DNA from: an uncultured Candidatus Saccharibacteria bacterium
GTDB taxonomy: Bacteria; Patescibacteriota; WWE3; UBA101185; UBA10185
Reading direction: 5' to 3'
DNA: 64,000 nt
NCBI GenBank assembly: GCA_964510435.1
Contig: CAZEBU010000002.1
Location: 81,080-145,079 of the forward strand
Of the stretch, positions 58,734-64,000 are shown piece after piece. How positions within the stretch are numbered: position 1 is the first letter of the stretch; each line of letters opens with the position of its first letter. Under the pieces are notes generated by a model. It did no database searches. It saw nothing but the letters and a program-made list of their open reading frames with translations, and was not told the DNA's origin. A program made the position numbers and the translations under genes.

Positions 58734-59075
58734 ATGCCAAAGGAGAAGACTGTGAATGGAACTACCGATGCCTTGTATAAATGTGGTGAAAGCCTTCAGG
58801 TTGCCAAGGAGGACAAAGAATTTCGTGAGGTTATTGAGTGTTACCAGGAAGTCCTAGACAATGCGGAGGACGCCAGGGGAAAACTCAATGTTCTCATGAT
58901 GATGTGCCAGACCTACCTTAGGCTGAAAGATTTTGCTAAGTCAGATTACACAACTACACTGAGTCTTCTGGGTAAGTGTGCGGTCTTGGCTTCAGAAAGC
59001 GGTAATCATAAAAACCGTGCCTTAGTGTTGCAGATGAGAAGGTACTGCAAACAACGTGAGCACGAGACTGTGTAG
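58734..59075 (+). CDS. hypothetical helical (TPR-like) protein, GC-elevated
   Basis: 113 aa; GC content is visibly higher than the flanks. Weak resemblance to the ORF at 63094-63762. Confidence 0.45.
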   Translation: MPKEKTVNGTTDALYKCGESLQVAKEDKEFREVIECYQEVLDNAEDARGKLNVLMMMCQTYLRLKDFAKSDYTTTLSLLGKCAVLASESGNHKNRALVLQMRRYCKQREHETV

Positions 59076-59170
59076 GAAGAAACCTTCCAACTAGAACTCT
59101 ATCAAATTCTCCTGATAGGGTTCTTTTTTGTGACGAGCTAGTTAATAGCACGTTTTACTTCCTATAATAT

Positions 59171-60940
59171 ATGTGCGGTATATTCGGATACGTTTCTAAA
59201 ACAAAAACTGACACTTTCGAAGTTATCCACAAGGGTTTAAAAAGGCTAGAATACCGAGGTTACGACTCCTGGGGTATATCCTTGCTGGATGAAAAAATCA
59301 TAAAAACATACAAGACAACTAATGATCTCTCGGAAAATCCCCAATTTACCACACCTAAAGTAAAAATCGGCATGGGACACACTCGATGGGCCACTCATGG
59401 AGGTGTAACAAAAAATAACGCACACCCGCACTCTTCATCTGACGGTTCTTTCGTTTTAGCTCAAAACGGTATTGTGGAAAACTATAGGCAGTTAAAGGAT
59501 TTTCTCACTAAAGAGGGGTACGAGTTTTCGACCCAAACAGATACAGAGGTTATTGTAAAGCTTATTGAGTACTATCTAAAAAAGATGAAGGGTTTCGAAA
59601 AAGCGGTTGTCTCTGCCTTTAAAAAACTTAAAGGCCGTAATACTATCATCATCTTGACCAATGAAAACAAGATCATAGCCATAAAAAACGGGTCTCCACT
59701 TACCGTTGGCCTAAAAAAAGGCGAATGGTTTTTTTCTTCCGACACCTTGTCATTCTCCGACAAAACTAAGCGGGCCATTATTTTAGAGGACGGGCAGATG
59801 GTTATTTTTGATGATTCAGGATTAATTATTAAAGATTTGGCATCTCAAAAAGTTGTCCACAAGAACACTACTGATCTTTCGTACCAACAAGACAAAATTG
59901 ATAAAGAGGGGTTTGACCATTTTATGCTCAAAGAAATAGTCGAACAGAAAAACGCCATTCTTGATTCTACAAATTATTCTCTCAACGAATTAAAACCGCT
60001 TATTGATCTTATTAAGAAAAGTGAAAAGGTTTATACCGTAGGTGCGGGAACCGCTAGCTTTGCTGCCGGTCAAGTTGCATATTTACTAAGGAAAATTGCC
60101 CAAGTACCTGCAGTAGAACTTAAAGCTTACGAAGTCGAGAGCTACCAAGATATTTTTAATAATAACTCGGTCTTGATTGCCTTAAGCCAAAGCGGGGAAA
60201 CCGCTGACACTCTTGAGGTTATTACATTAGCCAAAAAGAAAAAAACTAAAATCGTTTCTTTAGTAAACATGATGGGGTCCACCATATCCAGAGGATCAGA
60301 TCTACCATATTTTCTCAGAGTTGGTCCGGAAATATGCGTGGTTTCCACTAAAGCCTTTACGGGAAAAATTGCTTGGGGTTATTTATTGGCAAATGCCTTA
60401 ATGAGAAATTACTCTGATGCTAAGGAAAACTTGGCAGAAACTTCGAAGAAGCTGGATAAATTTCTAAAACCCGACTTTTTTAAAAATATAGAAACTCTAT
60501 CTAAAAAGTTAATTAAAAAGGAACACATTTTTATTCTTGGTAGGGGCCAAAACTATTACATCGCTCAGGAAGGGGCCTTAAAAATCAAAGAAACTTCCTA
60601 TAAACACGCTGAGGCTTTTTCCGCCGGTGAGCTGAAACATGGAGTCATCGCTCTGGTAGAAAAGGGTGTTCCTGTAATTTGCGTAGTTTCAGAGGATGAG
60701 GAAAAAGACACTATGCTAAATGCTGCCTACGAGGTTAAAGCTAGAGATGGAGAAATTATAGGTATTGCTAATAAAGACAACAAGGTATTTGATACTTTCA
60801 TCAAAACTCCCAATGGCAAAGCCTTAGATTTTTTAGTCAATGTTATTCCGTTTCAGTTGATGGGTTACTATATGGGACTATTACAGGGATTTGATCCTGA
60901 TAAACCGAGGAATTTGGCTAAGAGTGTTACCGTGAAATAA
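59171..60940 (+). CDS. glmS: glutamine--fructose-6-phosphate aminotransferase
   Basis: 589 aa; MCGIFGY N-terminal nucleophile, two SIS domains, and the C-terminus ...AKSVTVK. Confidence 0.95.
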   Translation: MCGIFGYVSKTKTDTFEVIHKGLKRLEYRGYDSWGISLLDEKIIKTYKTTNDLSENPQFTTPKVKIGMGHTRWATHGGVTKNNAHPHSSSDGSFVLAQNGIVENYRQLKDFLTKEGYEFSTQTDTEVIVKLIEYYLKKMKGFEKAVVSAFKKLKGRNTIIILTNENKIIAIKNGSPLTVGLKKGEWFFSSDTLSFSDKTKRAIILEDGQMVIFDDSGLIIKDLASQKVVHKNTTDLSYQQDKIDKEGFDHFMLKEIVEQKNAILDSTNYSLNELKPLIDLIKKSEKVYTVGAGTASFAAGQVAYLLRKIAQVPAVELKAYEVESYQDIFNNNSVLIALSQSGETADTLEVITLAKKKKTKIVSLVNMMGSTISRGSDLPYFLRVGPEICVVSTKAFTGKIAWGYLLANALMRNYSDAKENLAETSKKLDKFLKPDFFKNIETLSKKLIKKEHIFILGRGQNYYIAQEGALKIKETSYKHAEAFSAGELKHGVIALVEKGVPVICVVSEDEEKDTMLNAAYEVKARDGEIIGIANKDNKVFDTFIKTPNGKALDFLVNVIPFQLMGYYMGLLQGFDPDKPRNLAKSVTVK

Positions 60941-60949
60941 AAATAGAGA

Positions 60950-61436
60950 AAAAAAGAACCCGTGGTCTGCGTCTCAAGCTGGCACGAAGCCTACTCAAGC
61001 GTATAGCAGAACACGGGTCGGTTGTTGTGGTGCTGGTTTGAAGACACCCACGAATAATGCTGAAAACTGAGATTCAGCAAGATCCCGGAGCTAAGTGGAT
61101 GCAAAATTTCTTGTTTATGCAACCGCAACCGCGGAGCGATCGCGCAAGAAATCTTTCATTCTCTCCAGCACAAAAAAAGCCTCCCCACAAAGTAAGTGTG
61201 CTTCCGGCGCACCTTCGTGTTTTAGCATGGCACCCCTCAATGGGGCGGACCTTTGATCCCAAGGCTACCTTCCTCCAAATCCCTTACGGGATCCCACGAT
61301 CGGAACTATGCTCGTTGGTTTTCACCAACTTGAATAGCCTGGATTGGGTATTTCTCAGTCGTGCCTCTGCCGATTTTTTCCTTTCTCAATTTTTAAGATT
61401 CGTTTACTTCATTTGATTGGTGTAAGACGAAATGTA
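60950..61436 (-). ncRNA. GC-rich structured non-coding RNA candidate of undetermined class (possibly divergent RNase P RNA)
   Basis: About 480 nt with no credible ORF and ~50% GC in a ~36% GC genome. A near-consensus promoter lies on the minus strand: TTGACA (plus 61467-61472), an 18-nt spacer, then TATAAA (plus 61443-61448). The 3' end is a 12-bp hairpin cccgtggtctgc...gcagaacacggg (60957-61017) followed by T7 on the minus strand. Internal GNRA hairpins are present (gttggtGAAAaccaac, cccGTAAggg). aaaggtccgccccattgaggggtgccatgctaaaac loosely resembles the RNase P P4/P8 region. Confidence 0.35.
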
Positions 61437-61512
61437 ACGCAATTTATATACCATAATGTCAATTCTGTCAACCTATAGTGAGAAGGGTAGGTAAGATAGA
61501 GTTACAATAAAA

Positions 61513-62355
61513 TTATTTACCGGGTACCAGCAACAGATCAACATAATCATTTTTCCCGTTTTCCGGTATATTCTTTTTAACCACATCTTCCACATTCGTT
61601 TTAACAGTTTTCCTTTTGACCTTATTGATCACTTCAATGGTGTAGCCAAGATCTGCAAAAAACCGCAGTAATTCCTTAGGTTTGACATTCCATTCCTTCA
61701 TACCATAAGGCCAGAACTCCATCAAAACAATTGGGCGGCTCCTCTTGATCAACTTCTTGCCGCCCATAAAAACCAAACCCTCAGAACCCTGCGTGTCAAT
61801 TTTGATCAGATCGATCTTGTCCAACATGCCCATTTCACCAAAATGTTCATCAAGTGTCATAGCTTCAACTTCCAGATAAGAATTTCCTCTGTAAGTGTTG
61901 TTTTTAGAAAAAGAATGCCCGCCCACATTTACTTCGTCTAAATAAAGTTTTTGCTTGCCCTTTTTATCTGATAAAGCACGAGGATACAAAGTTACGTTAT
62001 CCTGTTTAAGATCTGCTAACCTGCCCTGCAAAACTTTGTGGGTACTTGGCTCAGGTTCAAAGGAGAAAACCCTCCCGGATGGAGAAACCTTTTTGCTTGC
62101 TTCCACGGTATACAAACCAAGATTAGCGCCAATATCTACTACCCTCATACCCGGCTCAAGCAGTTCTTCAAAAAGTCTGAACTCAAAACTTTCACTTAGC
62201 CTTTGGAAAAAAATGACGATCTTAAAGATCAAGCTTCTATGCTTATATTTGTATGTCAATGATGAAAAAGGAGAAATTATCGGAAAATCCCACACCTCGT
62301 GGGTTGTTGCGAACCTGGTAAATTTTTCGGACAATTTTGCGTAAGTCTTTCTCAT
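61513..62355 (-). CDS. FkbM-family methyltransferase
   Basis: 280 aa; VVDIGANLGLYTV...FSFEPEP is the TIGR01444 FkbM signature within a SAM-MTase fold. Confidence 0.8.
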   Translation of the reverse strand: MRKTYAKLSEKFTRFATTHEVWDFPIISPFSSLTYKYKHRSLIFKIVIFFQRLSESFEFRLFEELLEPGMRVVDIGANLGLYTVEASKKVSPSGRVFSFEPEPSTHKVLQGRLADLKQDNVTLYPRALSDKKGKQKLYLDEVNVGGHSFSKNNTYRGNSYLEVEAMTLDEHFGEMGMLDKIDLIKIDTQGSEGLVFMGGKKLIKRSRPIVLMEFWPYGMKEWNVKPKELLRFFADLGYTIEVINKVKRKTVKTNVEDVVKKNIPENGKNDYVDLLLVPGK

Positions 62356-62408
62356 AAATCATTCTTAAATGACTCATTATATCACCCACTTAAAATAACA
62401 ACCCATAA

Positions 62409-63002
62409 ATGTATAATGAATTAATGTTTATGGACATAGGTCTTAGCCTTATTTATGCGGTTTTAATTTCCAACTTTTTCCATTTAGATCTAAATTTAAC
62501 CATAATACTGCTTAGTGTTGTTTTTGGTTTGTTGCCGGATCTTGATGTCTCAGTGGAAATATTTCAGGAGGGCATGTTGAAAGGTAACGGAGACAGATTT
62601 CATAGGACATTAACTCACTTTCCCATCTTATATATCCCCATAATACCGGTGGTTTTCTTTAAATATGGAGGTTTTTGGGGTGCTTTATTTACCGTAAACA
62701 TCATCTCTCACTTTCTACACGATTCTGTGGGTTCCGGATGGGGCTTAAAGTGGCTTTGGCCTTTTTCGAAAAGATCTTATAAAATTTTCTCAAATCCTAT
62801 TCACGGCAAATTATCCAGAAACTTTATTGTTTCCTGGAGTCAGGAAGAACTTAAAATTTCCATCGAAAAATACGGTGACAAGAACTGGGTGAAAAACCTC
62901 TATCTTACCTTTAGCAACACTTTAATTTTGGAACTAATCGTTCTCTTTACAGGGATAATAGTTTTAATAGCTACTGTATTAATTAAAGGGTATAGTCTTT
63001 AA
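62409..63002 (+). CDS. membrane-bound metal-dependent hydrolase-like protein (YdjM/DUF457-like)
   Basis: 197 aa; multiple TM helices with H..TH and HxxHD-like motifs (HRTLTHFP, HFLHDSVG). Confidence 0.5.
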   Translation: MYNELMFMDIGLSLIYAVLISNFFHLDLNLTIILLSVVFGLLPDLDVSVEIFQEGMLKGNGDRFHRTLTHFPILYIPIIPVVFFKYGGFWGALFTVNIISHFLHDSVGSGWGLKWLWPFSKRSYKIFSNPIHGKLSRNFIVSWSQEELKISIEKYGDKNWVKNLYLTFSNTLILELIVLFTGIIVLIATVLIKGYSL

Positions 63003-63093
63003 AAACCTATAGCTTTGACTAGGAAGGGTGTTGGCATTATAATTACGCAAAGCATTCCACCAAAATTATTATCGACTCAACAAAGGAGGCATC

Positions 63094-63762
63094 ATGCAGT
63101 ATAAAAATGATCTCTTGGATTTCAATGAGCTCATTGAAAAAGGAGAAAAGGTACGGGAGATTATAGGAGATTCGAAGGCAGCCATCTCGGAGTTCGTACT
63201 GGCTTACAATTTTGCTACAAGCAATGAGCAAAGGTCTACGGCACTAAGGCAGATCGGGTTGTGCGAAGAACATCTAGGCAACATGGATCGTGCTCTGAAA
63301 TACTACCACGATGCTCTGGAGGAAGGTCAGTCGGCTGAACCCCGAGACGAAGCCTCCATGGCTAGAGCCCTAAGACACATTTCTTCCGTGAAGCGTAAGC
63401 AAGGTCTTTACGACGAAGCAATTGAAAAAGCCATACTTGCTTGGAGCCACATGAATAGTGTGAGGCCTCCACCTACGGACATTGTCTGGGTGACGCATGG
63501 CGTGGTTCAAGTTTTAGTCGAAGCGGGAAAGGGCCGGGATGAGATCAAGCGCTGGTTAAAGAGGGAGTCGTCCCATATTCTCTACATGCTTCGAAACGAA
63601 GCAAATGACATCCGTCGCTGGGTTTGGTTTTCCGGCTGGCTCATGGACCTGCATAAAGTATACGGTGCGATTGCCTGGCCTGCCAAAGCTCTTGCTTACC
63701 GAATCTCCAAAAAGGCAGAGTTAACAATCAGGCAAGAGCAAATAGAAGGAAAGCGTCTGTAA
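63094..63762 (+). CDS. hypothetical TPR-like helical protein, GC-elevated
   Basis: 222 aa; helical repeats (ALRQIGLCEEHLGNMDRALKYYHDALEEG). GC is noticeably higher than the genome background. Confidence 0.5.
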   Translation: MQYKNDLLDFNELIEKGEKVREIIGDSKAAISEFVLAYNFATSNEQRSTALRQIGLCEEHLGNMDRALKYYHDALEEGQSAEPRDEASMARALRHISSVKRKQGLYDEAIEKAILAWSHMNSVRPPPTDIVWVTHGVVQVLVEAGKGRDEIKRWLKRESSHILYMLRNEANDIRRWVWFSGWLMDLHKVYGAIAWPAKALAYRISKKAELTIRQEQIEGKRL

Positions 63763-63770
63763 ACACTTAA

Positions 63771-63803
63771 AGCCCTGTTAATCTCCCAAACGGGGCTTTT
63801 TTT
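63771..63803 (+). terminator. rho-independent terminator downstream of ORF 63094-63762
   Basis: agccc...ggggct hairpin followed by ttttttt. Confidence 0.5.
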
Positions 63804-64000
63804 CTTGGCGTTTTCTTGGTGACCCTAGTGTCTGAAAAGTGGAACACTCTTATACCATCAATAATTAAAATATCCAAGCTGGTTAGTGTTCACAATACTA
63901 ACACATCCTTATCGCACCAATAGAGGAGATATCTGTGTGGTATTAATACCCAGTAAGTAAATAAACACATGAGAAGATAAATCGGAATAGATAAATAGCG

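Noticed and set aside
59076-59170. glmS ribozyme in the 5' leader of glmS
   Set aside because: The leader is only ~95 nt and AT-rich. It lacks the conserved ribozyme core (for example GGCGCCAGAACUGGC, the P2.1 pseudoknot), so no glmS riboswitch is present.
61057-61416. Track ORFs 61057-61416 (+) and 61074-61262 (-) inside the GC-rich region
   Set aside because: R/S/P/C-rich junk composition with no RBS. The region is better explained as a structured RNA bracketed by a promoter and terminator.
60950-61436. tmRNA (ssrA) or SRP RNA identity for the GC-rich ncRNA candidate
   Set aside because: No tRNA-like T-arm (GGTTCGAATCC-like) or CCA-proximal acceptor, and no tag-peptide frame ending in ...AA-stop. 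No GGAA tetraloop / AGCAGC domain-IV core on either strand.
1-64000. CRISPR arrays, rRNA genes or tandem repeats
   Set aside because: Scanning intergenic regions found no regularly spaced direct repeats and no rRNA- or tRNA-like conserved blocks. Only short homopolymer runs (A8, T8-T9) and a (GT)4/(CA)5 microsatellite near 10017-10027 were seen.

Overview
This 64 kb window comes from a compact, low-GC (roughly 35-38%) bacterial chromosome with tightly packed, often overlapping genes. Lys-rich extensions on ribosomal protein L17 and RecA, a short IF-2, an archaeal-type AspRS, a RecA/RecJ/UDG repair set and a reduced metabolic gene set fit a Candidate Phyla Radiation (Patescibacteria)-like organism. 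This assignment is inference, not proof. Core content: infA-rpmJ-rpsM-rpsK-rpsD-rpoA-rplQ is joined directly to rplM-rpsI. A ~6-7 kb accessory/defence-like island follows (XRE regulator, RadC/JAB, orphan ORFs, an HTH protein, and a BamHI/BglII-family type II restriction-modification pair). After it come a membrane-anchored ClpA/B-like AAA+ protein, prfB with no programmed frameshift, rodZ-like, ftsK, rnj, a family-4 UDG, a NUDIX hydrolase, a Lon AAA+-module-only protein, pnp-rpsO, a DHH-like gene, infB-nusA, a DnaJ-like gene, hup, ymdB-rny, recX-recA, gltX, a D-Ala-D-Ala carboxypeptidase, aspS, an MFS transporter, recJ, secDF, a wHTH regulator, a DUF3048-like protein, pepF, greA, lysS fused to a C-terminal HD domain, several hydrolases, a SpoU methyltransferase, a redoxin, a phosphodiester glycosidase and glmS. 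Two non-coding candidates stand out. One is a ~480 nt GC-rich region (60950-61436, minus strand) bracketed by a near-consensus promoter and an intrinsic terminator, whose RNA class I could not assign. The other is a ~90 nt promoter-to-terminator sRNA candidate (6563-6655) antisense to the 3' end of an orphan ORF. No CRISPR array, rRNA or tRNA was found. Coordinates for features absent from the ORF track were hand-counted and may be off by 1-2 nt.
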